This document shows positions 41,766-50,118 of a stretch of 64,000 bases of DNA, piece by piece (within the stretch, counting starts at the first letter, position 1; every line of letters begins with the position of its first letter). The position numbers were made by a program, and so were the translations under genes. The notes beneath the pieces were generated by a model. It was not told where the DNA came from. It did no database searches and saw only the letters and a list, made by a program, of their open reading frames with translations. The DNA lies in IMG/VR virus record IMGVR_UViG_3300045988_159113; one strand, written 5' to 3'. Origin of the DNA: a virus.

Positions 41766-42923
41766 AAAACCCGAGTCGCTATCCTGGCAATTAAGCGCGT
41801 CCTTACAAAATATCCTGACTTCAAAACTCTTGTGGTTGTCCCTTCTACAAACCTAAAAGACCAATGGGAAGAAAACCTGAGACAATGGAATCTCGAAAAG
41901 TCATGTGTCGTTCGTGTGATTAATACGGTCATCATGCATAGGTGGAAATGTGATATTCTTATCATAGATGAGTTACATCTTATACCTAGCGAGAACCGCA
42001 TCAGTGTATTCAACAAGGTCGAGTATAAACTCGTGCTCGGCCTTACCGCAACCTATGAAAGGCTAGATGGCAGGGAGTCATTACTGGATAGATACTGTCC
42101 AGTATGTGATGAAATAACAATGTCTGATGTTATAGCTAACCACTGGGTGGCAGACTATGTTGAATATGAGGTTCTCATAGATGTGGATAATCTCAGCGAG
42201 TACGAGGAGATACAAAGAAAATGGACTCAACACTTCGAGTTCTTCTCGTTTGATTTCCAGCTTATGATGAAAATGAATGGGCCAGAAGGTTTTAAGTGCA
42301 GGCAAGAGTTCGCAAAAGCTCTATGTACTAAACCCGCACAGTATAAAGAGATGCTGAAAACTGTAACGCTCCATGCTATAGGAGCAATGCAAGCAATGCA
42401 ACAGAAAAAAGCATTTCTGAATAACCATTCAAAAAAGATCGAGCTCACACGGAAGATAATCGAAGCACGACCTAATGCGAAGATCATAACCTTCTCAAAC
42501 AATATAAAGATGGCGGAAGCTATCGGTATTGGTGGAGTGGTTAGTGGTAAAGAATCGAAGAAGAAGAACCGGACAACACTTGAAAAATTCGCCAAAGCAG
42601 ATAGTGGAGTTGTGAATAGCAGCAAACTGTTGGTAGCTGGTGCGGATATTCCAGGTGTTAATTGTCTTATCATCCTCGGGCACGATTCAAGCACTACAAG
42701 AGCAACGCAAGCAAGAGGTCGAGGCATACGTGTTGAAGGTGATAAGTTCACGGAAATTTTTAATCTTGTTATCAATGATACGCAAGAAACGAAATGGTGT
42801 GAATCAGCCCACAAGAATTCTGAAATGGTCAGGATTGATGAGGCTAATCTTGAAAAGGTTTTGAAGCATGAGCCTTTCGAAACCTATAAGAGACCACTCG
42901 AAAAGTTTAACTATAGATTTTGA
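41766..42923 (+). CDS. SF2 (DEAD/DEAH, ResIII/UvsW-like) helicase, exon 2
   Basis: The ORF track 41763 start is a TTG artefact. KTRVAILAIK (rest of Walker A), LVVVPSTNLKDQW, ILIIDELH (DExH), GLTAT, and QARGRGIR (motif VI). Confidence 0.8.
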   Translation, partial: KTRVAILAIKRVLTKYPDFKTLVVVPSTNLKDQWEENLRQWNLEKSCVVRVINTVIMHRWKCDILIIDELHLIPSENRISVFNKVEYKLVLGLTATYERLDGRESLLDRYCPVCDEITMSDVIANHWVADYVEYEVLIDVDNLSEYEEIQRKWTQHFEFFSFDFQLMMKMNGPEGFKCRQEFAKALCTKPAQYKEMLKTVTLHAIGAMQAMQQKKAFLNNHSKKIELTRKIIEARPNAKIITFSNNIKMAEAIGIGGVVSGKESKKKNRTTLEKFAKADSGVVNSSKLLVAGADIPGVNCLIILGHDSSTTRATQARGRGIRVEGDKFTEIFNLVINDTQETKWCESAHKNSEMVRIDEANLEKVLKHEPFETYKRPLEKFNYRF

Positions 42924-42927
42924 CAAG

Positions 42928-43068
42928 ATGATAACAGAAAGAATGCTTGAGCTTTTGATATTACAGAGCATACTTCAAAAAGGAGTAGGCCGTGAATATA
43001 AAGAGAGCAGAATGTGGGATAGGTACCACAAATTAAAAGCAGAATTCCTAAAACCATACCGCATTTAA
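42928..43068 (+). CDS. hypothetical small protein (46 aa)
   Basis: ORF track 42868..43068. ATG 42928 lies just after the helicase stop. Confidence 0.4.
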   Translation: MITERMLELLILQSILQKGVGREYKESRMWDRYHKLKAEFLKPYRI

Positions 43069-43128
43069 ACCATAGACTCCAAAATGCGGGGACTAGATCA
43101 GCACATCAAACTTTAAACAAACTAACCA

Positions 43129-43746
43129 GTGCTGACTTATACTTTAACATTCGAAAATGAGCTCGCAGCGATGCGACGCTATGGAATAACACCAGACGAG
43201 TTATATATTGCGCGTTTGATCCTGATGTGTAAAGATTCAAGTATAGGTGTCAACTATATGAATCAATACCTCGAGACGTCAGAAGACGCAAGAAAAATAG
43301 TTCGTCCAGTGTTGAAGAACTTACAAGAAAAGGGAATCATTCTCAAATCTTTCGATCCAGAACAGGAGAAGATTGTTCCAGCAGATATACCGTTCAATAA
43401 AAACGCGACTAAGTTTTTCTATCGTGCAGCGTTTGATATGGGAAAAGAACTTTTCGATGTCTATCCCAAGTATGCAATGATAGATGGAAACTGCGTTTCT
43501 ATTTCCGGTGTCAGCAAACGGTTCAACTCTCAAGAAGACGCATTCAATTTCTACGGTCGAGAGATTAGATGGAACCCAGAAACTCACAACCATATTGTAG
43601 AGATTACAAAATGGGCAGCTGAGAATACAAGAATGATAAATTGCGTGTTTAGTAGTTATATCATCGACCATAGATGGGAATTCATCGAGTCGATGAGAAA
43701 CGGCGAACAGGGCAACGTTAATTTTGACACAATTCGTATGCTCTGA
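43129..43746 (+). CDS. hypothetical protein (position suggests a replication initiator or helicase loader)
   Basis: GTG start; the in-frame TAA 2 codons upstream leaves no ATG option. 205 aa. Lies immediately upstream of, and coupled to, the DnaB-like helicase. The function is a guess from position only. Confidence 0.55.
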   Translation: MLTYTLTFENELAAMRRYGITPDELYIARLILMCKDSSIGVNYMNQYLETSEDARKIVRPVLKNLQEKGIILKSFDPEQEKIVPADIPFNKNATKFFYRAAFDMGKELFDVYPKYAMIDGNCVSISGVSKRFNSQEDAFNFYGREIRWNPETHNHIVEITKWAAENTRMINCVFSSYIIDHRWEFIESMRNGEQGNVNFDTIRML

Positions 43747-44834
43747 TGGTCGTTGATTCACTACTTGCACAAATAGAAAATGGACGAGCTGGTCATAGTC
43801 AAGGGATAAGTATGGGCCTGCCTAAATTGGAGGGCATCATTGACGGAGTAACCAGACAAACATATAGCATTGTTTTCGGCCAAAGTTCGACAGGTAAGAC
43901 GAGTTTGGCTATTTATGCTTATGTTTATCGTCCATGCATGGAACATTTAGAAGACGAAGATTTCCACGTGATCTATTACTCGTTAGAGATCAGCGCCGAA
44001 TTACTAATGGCGAAATTATTATCCATTTATATCTTCGAGAAGTATCACGTGGAACTCTCAACAAAAGATATCCTATCACGCACAAAAGGCGGACTTTTGT
44101 CTGATGAATATTTTCATATCGTCGAAGAATGTATCCCATGGCTGCGAAGAATAGAAAGTATGATTACGATTTTCGATGGCTCTTTGAATGCTCAGACTTT
44201 ATATTCAACGCTCGTAAATGAGCTAGCAAAAGCCGGGCAGTTCGTGGAGGAAGAGGGAAGGAAAAAATACATCCCTAATAATCCCAAACAAATTGTCGTC
44301 GTGGTTATTGATCATATGAATCTATTGACACATACAATGGGGCGAACAATCAAACAAGAGATTGACCTAGCAAGTCAACAGCTTGTTGGCCTCAGGAATA
44401 TGTGCGGAATCTCCCCTGTTGCTATCATGCAGGCAAACAGGGACTCTATGTCTATGTCTCGCCGTGATATGTTAGGCTCTGGCGACTGTCGGATTTCAGA
44501 TATCCGAGACAGTGCTGGCCCCTCACAAGACGCGGAAATAGTTATCGGTATATATAACCCGTTTAGGGATAAGATCGCTAATTATAGAGGCTATGACATC
44601 AAACAATTGCAGGATGTATTCAGAAGTATCACCGTATTGAAAAATCGATATGGTGAATCAGAAGTTGCTGATTGCATTTGTTTCTACGGTAAGATCGGGA
44701 TGTTTGTTGAACCGCCAACACCCGACAAGATTTATGATTACAGTAAGTTCCAAAGTCCGCTATGGACATTGGAACCAAAACAAGATGAAGAAAATGAAGA
44801 TGATAAACCTAAAACTTTAAACTTTACGTTATGA
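43746..44834 (+). CDS. DnaB-family replicative helicase (RecA-fold C-terminal domain type)
   Basis: Walker A FGQSSTGKTSLA, Walker B VVVVIDHMNLL, QANRD, IRDSAGPSQDAEIVIGIYNP, LKNRYGES. Confidence 0.8.
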   Translation: MVVDSLLAQIENGRAGHSQGISMGLPKLEGIIDGVTRQTYSIVFGQSSTGKTSLAIYAYVYRPCMEHLEDEDFHVIYYSLEISAELLMAKLLSIYIFEKYHVELSTKDILSRTKGGLLSDEYFHIVEECIPWLRRIESMITIFDGSLNAQTLYSTLVNELAKAGQFVEEEGRKKYIPNNPKQIVVVVIDHMNLLTHTMGRTIKQEIDLASQQLVGLRNMCGISPVAIMQANRDSMSMSRRDMLGSGDCRISDIRDSAGPSQDAEIVIGIYNPFRDKIANYRGYDIKQLQDVFRSITVLKNRYGESEVADCICFYGKIGMFVEPPTPDKIYDYSKFQSPLWTLEPKQDEENEDDKPKTLNFTL

Positions 44835-45580
44835 GCGTAGTATTGCCAACAAAGAAAGTAACAGCTGAAACACAGGATCCAAAGAACCTTATCATTTACG
44901 GAGCGCCTAAGGTCGGGAAAACGACTCTGTTAGCAGAACTACCCGAGTCTCTATTAATAGATACAGAGGGCGGTTCTTCTTATGTATCAGCAGTAAAAGT
45001 AAAAGCAACAACGATTCCGGAATTAACGGAAGTATGCAAGGCTATCTTGGATGCTGGCAAACCATATAAATTTCTTATTCTCGATACCATCACAGCACTC
45101 GAAGAGATGTGTAAGCCATTGGCCGCTAAGTTGTATATGTCAACACCAATGGGTAAGAATTACACAGGAGGAGCTGAGGGAATTCTTAATCTGCCGCAAG
45201 GCGCGGGTTGGGGGTATCTCAGGCAGGCTATCGAGAAAGTTATTGATATGGTTTCAAAGTGTTCCGAGAACTTGGTGATCGTAGGACATGTAAAGGATAA
45301 GGCTATCGTAGATGCCGAAGGAAAGGAAGCTGGCAGCATTAAAGATTTCGACCTAAGTGGTAAAACTGGTCGAATACTTGCAGCCAAGTCAGACGGGATC
45401 GGATTTTGCCATAGAGACAAAGATTCTAACCTTTGCATTAACTTTGAAAACGGCGGTCTGGTTACTGCTGGTGCTCGTCCTAAGCACTTAGCCAATAAGG
45501 ATATCATAGTTGCAGAAAACAATGGTGATGGAACGTTCACCTCTCATTGGGAAAGAATATTCCCTTCTTTGAAAGCATGA
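44831..45580 (+). CDS. AAA_24 / Sak4-like RecA-fold ATPase
   Basis: Walker A IYGAPKVGKTTL, Walker B FLILDTIT, later VGHVKDK. ATGA-coupled. Confidence 0.7.
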   Translation: MSVVLPTKKVTAETQDPKNLIIYGAPKVGKTTLLAELPESLLIDTEGGSSYVSAVKVKATTIPELTEVCKAILDAGKPYKFLILDTITALEEMCKPLAAKLYMSTPMGKNYTGGAEGILNLPQGAGWGYLRQAIEKVIDMVSKCSENLVIVGHVKDKAIVDAEGKEAGSIKDFDLSGKTGRILAAKSDGIGFCHRDKDSNLCINFENGGLVTAGARPKHLANKDIIVAENNGDGTFTSHWERIFPSLKA

Positions 45581-46110
45581 TTTTGAATTACATTTTCTCT
45601 ATCGATACTGACACGATGGAGTTTACAATTAGAGATGCTGAAGCTCCAAAGAATGCAGTAAGCGTAAAGCTTTCTGTTTCTGAAGAGCCGAAGCTTGTGT
45701 TGAGCGATAACAAGTTCACATTGAACGATGAGGCTATACGTTTCTTACGTGTCAGTGTGGGCGATAAGATCGCTATAGTGTTTGATTCAATCGGTAGACC
45801 CATGATCGGGTCTGCCGATTCCTTGCACATAGACGGAGGGAACAAGTTGACTAAGTCAAAGACTGTATCTTTCCGTGGAAAGATGAATGGGCAGCTTGCC
45901 AAGTTTGGTAATGAGTTCATTATTAAGGAAGATGGCGAAGGTATAGGAGTCCTTACTTCCAACGGTGAGCCTATCGAAGTTGTCGAGGAAGCGGTACCTG
46001 ATGAAGAGCCGCCAGAGAAAACCGACAACTCTATAGCTACCGATCTTTTTGATCTTGTAGGAAGTGATGACGATTTCACTATGAGTTCGTTTGATTTTTC
46101 TTTTAAATGA
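45577..46110 (+). CDS. hypothetical protein with acidic C-terminus
   Basis: ORF track 45547..46110. ATG 45577 is ATGA-coupled. Confidence 0.65.
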   Translation: MILNYIFSIDTDTMEFTIRDAEAPKNAVSVKLSVSEEPKLVLSDNKFTLNDEAIRFLRVSVGDKIAIVFDSIGRPMIGSADSLHIDGGNKLTKSKTVSFRGKMNGQLAKFGNEFIIKEDGEGIGVLTSNGEPIEVVEEAVPDEEPPEKTDNSIATDLFDLVGSDDDFTMSSFDFSFK

Positions 46111-46172
46111 CTAAACCTTTTATGTTTAGGTTAGTCTTATCATTGAGTATAAACAAAAAAACAGTTTAAATT

Positions 46173-46883
46173 ATGTTGGATTTTTCAATTAACAGTAGTG
46201 TTTCAGCAGTATCAAACAGTATTAAGCAGCTCGCACCTTTTGCAATCTATGACGTAAAATATGAGAAAAGTGAAATCGTAGAGTTTGACGGAAAGAAAGA
46301 CCCAAGCCAGCACTATAAGACGCTTCGTGTTCGGTTTAGTAATGCTGACGGATATTACGAGGAAACAATTTTCTTTCCTACTCCTGCTGATGCTGAGAGA
46401 AGGAAGTTTGAAAACTCCGATGGAACAACTCGCGAGATGCCAAGCAACTGGGAGAGAACCAAGTTCTTCATGGCTCAGGTTATGGAAGTTTTGAATCCCG
46501 ATGGATATAAGAAGTTCTGTGAGGCAAGTTCCAAGTTTAAGGATTTCGAGATGATGGCCAACGCATTCATCAAGGTCCTCGAGCCCGCAGTTGGTAAGGA
46601 GACAAAACTGAAGCTCATGGGTCGTACTGATGCCAACGGCAACGTACATGCTGTACTTCCAAATTTCTTGAACATCAGCAAGGAAGGCCAGCTTTATGTA
46701 TCTACAAACTTCATTGGTGACCGTGTGTTCTTCTCTACTTATGAGGAGGGCCAGGTTCAAAAGTTCAAGAACGCCAAGCCTACAACTATGCCTGACCTTG
46801 CAGCTGATCCGCTCGCAATCACACCGAAGGCTGAGGAAACTAAGAAGGACGACGTGATCGATCTTGACAGTTTGCTTTCATAA
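46173..46883 (+). CDS. hypothetical protein, possible ssDNA-binding protein
   Basis: 236 aa. Lies between the recombination ATPase and the primase and ends in an acidic tip DDVIDLDSLLS, as SSB C-termini do. The function is inferred only from position and tail. Confidence 0.6.
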   Translation: MLDFSINSSVSAVSNSIKQLAPFAIYDVKYEKSEIVEFDGKKDPSQHYKTLRVRFSNADGYYEETIFFPTPADAERRKFENSDGTTREMPSNWERTKFFMAQVMEVLNPDGYKKFCEASSKFKDFEMMANAFIKVLEPAVGKETKLKLMGRTDANGNVHAVLPNFLNISKEGQLYVSTNFIGDRVFFSTYEEGQVQKFKNAKPTTMPDLAADPLAITPKAEETKKDDVIDLDSLLS

Positions 46884-46901
46884 TATTATGGTTTTATTTT
46901 A

Positions 46902-46926
46902 GGGAGGGGTTCGCCCCTCCCTTTTT
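46902..46926 (+). terminator. rho-independent terminator
   Basis: GGGAGGGG-TTCG-CCCCTCCC followed by TTTTT. Confidence 0.8.
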
Positions 46927-46955
46927 AATATTATCATTGTCAAAACTATGATATT

Positions 46956-47969
46956 ATGCCACTTGACTTTGAAATAGAACCAATCCTGAACAAGGACTTC
47001 TTGCTTGGACATTATACCGAGGAAACGTATATGTCCCACTATACGGGCCTACCTATAAAGAAGGGCCTGTTCCTTTCTCCGCTTCGTGAGGATAGGAAAC
47101 CGTCAGTCGCTTTTTACAGAACGAGTAATGGGCAACTTATCTATAAGGATTTCGGAGACAATACACACGTTAGCTTTATTGGGCTTGTGATGAAGATGTA
47201 TTCGCTGAGTTATTACCAGGCGATACGAAAGATTGCCGAAGACTTCGGACTTGTAAAAAGAAAGAGTCAGGAAGCAATAGCAACAAAACCGATTAAGGTA
47301 ATCAATACAAGATTTGAAGAATCGAAGCCTTCAATTATAAATGTTGAAGTGCAGGATTTCACAGATCGGGATATCGCGTGGTGGAGACAATACAACATAA
47401 GTGTTGAACTGCTGCAAAAGTTCCATGTCTATTCTTGCAAGTATGTCTTCCTAAACTCTAGAATCTTCGCTGAATGTACGGATAAAAACCCGATCTATGG
47501 GTATTATTTCGGAAAGAAAAACGGAGAGGAGAAATGGAAGATATACATGCCAAAGAGAACGGAATGGAAATGGATTTGCAACACAGGAAACGAAACGATA
47601 CAAGGATATCGTGAGCTTCCACCTCGCGGAAATGTTTGTGTCATTACGAAATCTTTAAAAGATGTATTGTGTCTTAGGTCGTTCGGCATCTATGCAGTCG
47701 CCCCTAACAGTGAACACTTATTCGTATCTGATGAGATACTGGAGAATCTAAAGCGTAGATTCAAGACTATCGTAGTCTTATATGATAATGACCACACCGG
47801 CATGAGGCGAACCGTAGAGATACGGCAACAACATCCCGAGCTGTTTTACGCGCTGATTCCTAAATGTTCAGGCTGTAAAGATCTATCTGATTATGTGAAA
47901 ACAAACGGAGTAGAAAAAGCTAAAAGTTTAATCAATGAGTACGTCAAATACATCAGGAGTTCCAAATAG
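46956..47969 (+). CDS. DnaG-like TOPRIM DNA primase
   Basis: SPLREDRKPSVAFY (zinc-ribbon-region remnant), then TOPRIM VCVITKSLKDVLCL...APNSE...VVLYDNDHTGMR. Stop is TAG, with a TGA 13 codons further on. Confidence 0.75.
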   Translation: MPLDFEIEPILNKDFLLGHYTEETYMSHYTGLPIKKGLFLSPLREDRKPSVAFYRTSNGQLIYKDFGDNTHVSFIGLVMKMYSLSYYQAIRKIAEDFGLVKRKSQEAIATKPIKVINTRFEESKPSIINVEVQDFTDRDIAWWRQYNISVELLQKFHVYSCKYVFLNSRIFAECTDKNPIYGYYFGKKNGEEKWKIYMPKRTEWKWICNTGNETIQGYRELPPRGNVCVITKSLKDVLCLRSFGIYAVAPNSEHLFVSDEILENLKRRFKTIVVLYDNDHTGMRRTVEIRQQHPELFYALIPKCSGCKDLSDYVKTNGVEKAKSLINEYVKYIRSSK

Positions 47970-48225
47970 TTTCTTTGGTCATACAATCAGAGCGACGCAA
48001 AAACAGCTTGAGCTATTGCTTGGATTTGATCATAATGCAAGCAAAGACGGGAAAAGTCGGTGCATCTGGCATAAGACAATCGACGATATGCCTTTTTGTG
48101 TGTATGATTGGAAGATGGAAGCAGAGCCAGACGAAACTATAGACTGGCACATTGGAGCGAGAAACGAAGAAGAAAGTAAAAAGATACAACGAATTTTGAA
48201 TAATGTAAAAACTAATGAATTATGA
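47935..48225 (+). CDS. hypothetical protein
   Basis: ATG ORF, 96 aa, overlapping the primase end by 35 nt. Confidence 0.5.
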   Translation: MSTSNTSGVPNSFFGHTIRATQKQLELLLGFDHNASKDGKSRCIWHKTIDDMPFCVYDWKMEAEPDETIDWHIGARNEEESKKIQRILNNVKTNEL

Positions 48226-48812
48226 GACCACCTTTTTTTAAACCATCATGTAAAGACACATCGTGCAAGGTAACATTCCCCGATGGCCACACATAGGAAT
48301 TTGAGACAATCGAACAGGCAGCAGAAGCAACTGGTGTATCACTCGCAGCATTGAAGAAGCGCTGCAAGTATCCAGGGAAGGAAACGAAAGACGGGATACT
48401 CTGCGAGTATCTCAACCCTGCTATGCTCCGCAAGGTTCGTAATAAAGCGAACAGAAGCAAAGGCTGCTCTTTCGAGCGCGATATTATCAATAGGCTCAAA
48501 GAGGAAGGATTTGAGGAATGTGTATCCTCTCGTCAGTACTCTCGAGCTATGGATAAGGCAAAGATTGATGTATGCGATCCAAGCGGTAAACTTCCGGTAT
48601 ATATTCAAGCGAAGTATACGACAAGCACGCCACAGTATACAAAGATCAAGAATGCCTGCCCGTTTGATGATAAGCCTTTCGTGACTATCTGGAAGCAGGC
48701 AACTAGAGATGGGAGTAACAGTCCCGGAACGATTGTGATGTTAGACTACGAGTTTTTTATTCAACTTTTAAAAAGTTTTGTCAAGGATGATTGCAATAAT
48801 AGCAGTATATGA
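48222..48812 (+). CDS. HTH + Hjc/RecU-like PD-(D/E)XK Holliday-junction resolvase with an in-frame TAG at codon 25
   Basis: The ORF track gives 48351..48812 with a TTG start. The same frame opens at ATG 48222 (ATGA overlap with the upstream stop): MRPPFFKPSCKDTSCKVTFPDGHT[TAG 48294-96]EFETIEQAAEATGVSLAALKKRC..., then KGCSFERDIINRLKEEGFE...KIDVCD...VYIQAKY (E...D...QxK nuclease core). Confidence 0.65.
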
Positions 48813-49026
48813 TAACACTAACGGTCACATATACGTACAAAAGTTAGGACAGTTTGACCACGTAGACAATGAGAAAGCACAGGAAGCCGTGCGAGATTTC
48901 CTTGTTGATAACTACTGGGCACGAGAGTTTGCACAAAAGGCAAAAATGCATAGCTACGACTATGATGAACTAATTGAAGACGCAGCATGCGATGGAGTTA
49001 TAATTGGTGGAATACAATACCTTTAA
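48787..49026 (+). CDS. hypothetical protein
   Basis: ORF track 48778 (TTG). I prefer the first ATG at 48787. Confidence 0.55.
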   Translation: MIAIIAVYDNTNGHIYVQKLGQFDHVDNEKAQEAVRDFLVDNYWAREFAQKAKMHSYDYDELIEDAACDGVIIGGIQYL

Positions 49027-49027
49027 T

Positions 49028-49417
49028 ATGAGAATAACGGCTATGATACTTGTCATTTTTACTGTTATTGGTGTGTTGATTTTTGCTTTGTTAAATTTCA
49101 GAACTTCCGAGTTTGAAACATTCGTCCCGTACGAATACAGGCTTTGTGCTGATGAGGCATATAACATAGACAAGATCGATGTCGCTAATGATTACATGCA
49201 ATCAACGGTCAAGATTTTCAAAGATAATATAACTATTACGGATTACTACAGCAATAAATCCGAGTATGGTGCCATTATCAGAAACGGGAAAATCAAAGAA
49301 GACCGAGCAGTATTTGAAGATTGCGATTTCCCCGATCTTCTTATGATTAAAAATGGCAACGGGGACATTGAGTGTTTAGTAAATGATAAACCATTCATGT
49401 ACTTTTATTGTAAATGA
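49028..49417 (+). CDS. membrane protein (one N-terminal TM)
   Basis: ORF track 49004..49417. ATG 49028 lies just after the previous stop. MRITAMILVIFTVIGVLIFALLNF. Confidence 0.6.
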   Translation: MRITAMILVIFTVIGVLIFALLNFRTSEFETFVPYEYRLCADEAYNIDKIDVANDYMQSTVKIFKDNITITDYYSNKSEYGAIIRNGKIKEDRAVFEDCDFPDLLMIKNGNGDIECLVNDKPFMYFYCK

Positions 49418-49902
49418 TAAAGATAGGGCTAGATTTAGATGATACCATAAACTATTGGTACGACGTGTATGTCAAGAGGTTTGGCATACCAAAATCTGAT
49501 AGTGAGATTACGCATAATGTCTGGAATGTGCTAAGGCATGACCAGGAATTTTGGGAGACCCTGCCAGTCAAGAACAGGCCGGTAGGGTTTGTTCCGGAAT
49601 TGTATTGTACATCTCGAGTAAACAACAAGAGATGGACGAGAAACTGGTTGAAGAAAAACGATTTTCCGAATAAGCCGATATATCAGCGTTTTGGTTTTGG
49701 GTTATCCAAAGCGCCATTGATAAAGGGAAGGGTTGACGTCTTTATTGACGACAGCCCTTTTAATGTTTTTGACCTAAACAAAAAAGGAATCCCTTGTTTG
49801 ATGTTGACAACCCCAGCGAATGCTCACATACGTTTTGATTATAGAATAGAAAGTTTAAACTATGAAGAAATCAAAATCCAATATGAAAAAATTATTCAAT
49901 AA
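49414..49902 (+). CDS. HAD-superfamily 5'(3')-deoxyribonucleotidase (NT5C-like)
   Basis: N-terminal DxDxT motif IGLDLDDTINYW; later FIDDSP. ATGA-coupled. Confidence 0.6.
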   Translation: MIKIGLDLDDTINYWYDVYVKRFGIPKSDSEITHNVWNVLRHDQEFWETLPVKNRPVGFVPELYCTSRVNNKRWTRNWLKKNDFPNKPIYQRFGFGLSKAPLIKGRVDVFIDDSPFNVFDLNKKGIPCLMLTTPANAHIRFDYRIESLNYEEIKIQYEKIIQ

Positions 49903-50038
49903 ATTGAAAAAGGGTTTCTCTTTCAATTTGTTTTTTCTCATTACTTGGACCATACTGATTTGTGTAGTTGTGCCGCTCTGTGGTAGATGTGAGAACACAC
50001 AAGAAGACTATGGCGAAGATTTAACGATTGACTTTTAA
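49883..50038 (+). CDS. candidate small membrane protein (51 aa)
   Basis: MKKLFNKLKKGFSFNLFFLITWTILICVVVPLCGRCENTQEDYGEDLTIDF: a TM span plus an acidic tail. Below the ORF-track cutoff. Confidence 0.35.
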   Translation: MKKLFNKLKKGFSFNLFFLITWTILICVVVPLCGRCENTQEDYGEDLTIDF

Positions 50039-50118
50039 ACTTTTCATTCTTTCTTTAGTCTAATTTTAAGATAACAAATTAAAAAGATAATCATTATGAA
50101 ACAAAAAGTATATATGAA

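Noticed and set aside
42227-42814. Other long minus-strand ORFs (42227..42814, 33210..33743, 46212..46760, 60694..61212, 45588..46079, 55498..55989, 18232..18657)
   Set aside because: Each lies entirely inside a motif-supported or coupled + strand gene. None has a recognisable motif.
48351-48353. TTG start for the resolvase ORF; likewise Met 31460 as the start of the M15 peptidase
   Set aside because: Both would truncate conserved N-terminal sequence that is present in frame upstream of a single TAG, and both ignore a coupled ATG further upstream.
49903-49935. ATTGAAA...TTTCAAT hairpin plus T-run as a terminator after the NT5C-like gene
   Set aside because: The stem is AT-only and weak, and it lies inside the candidate 51-aa membrane ORF. 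I left it uncalled.
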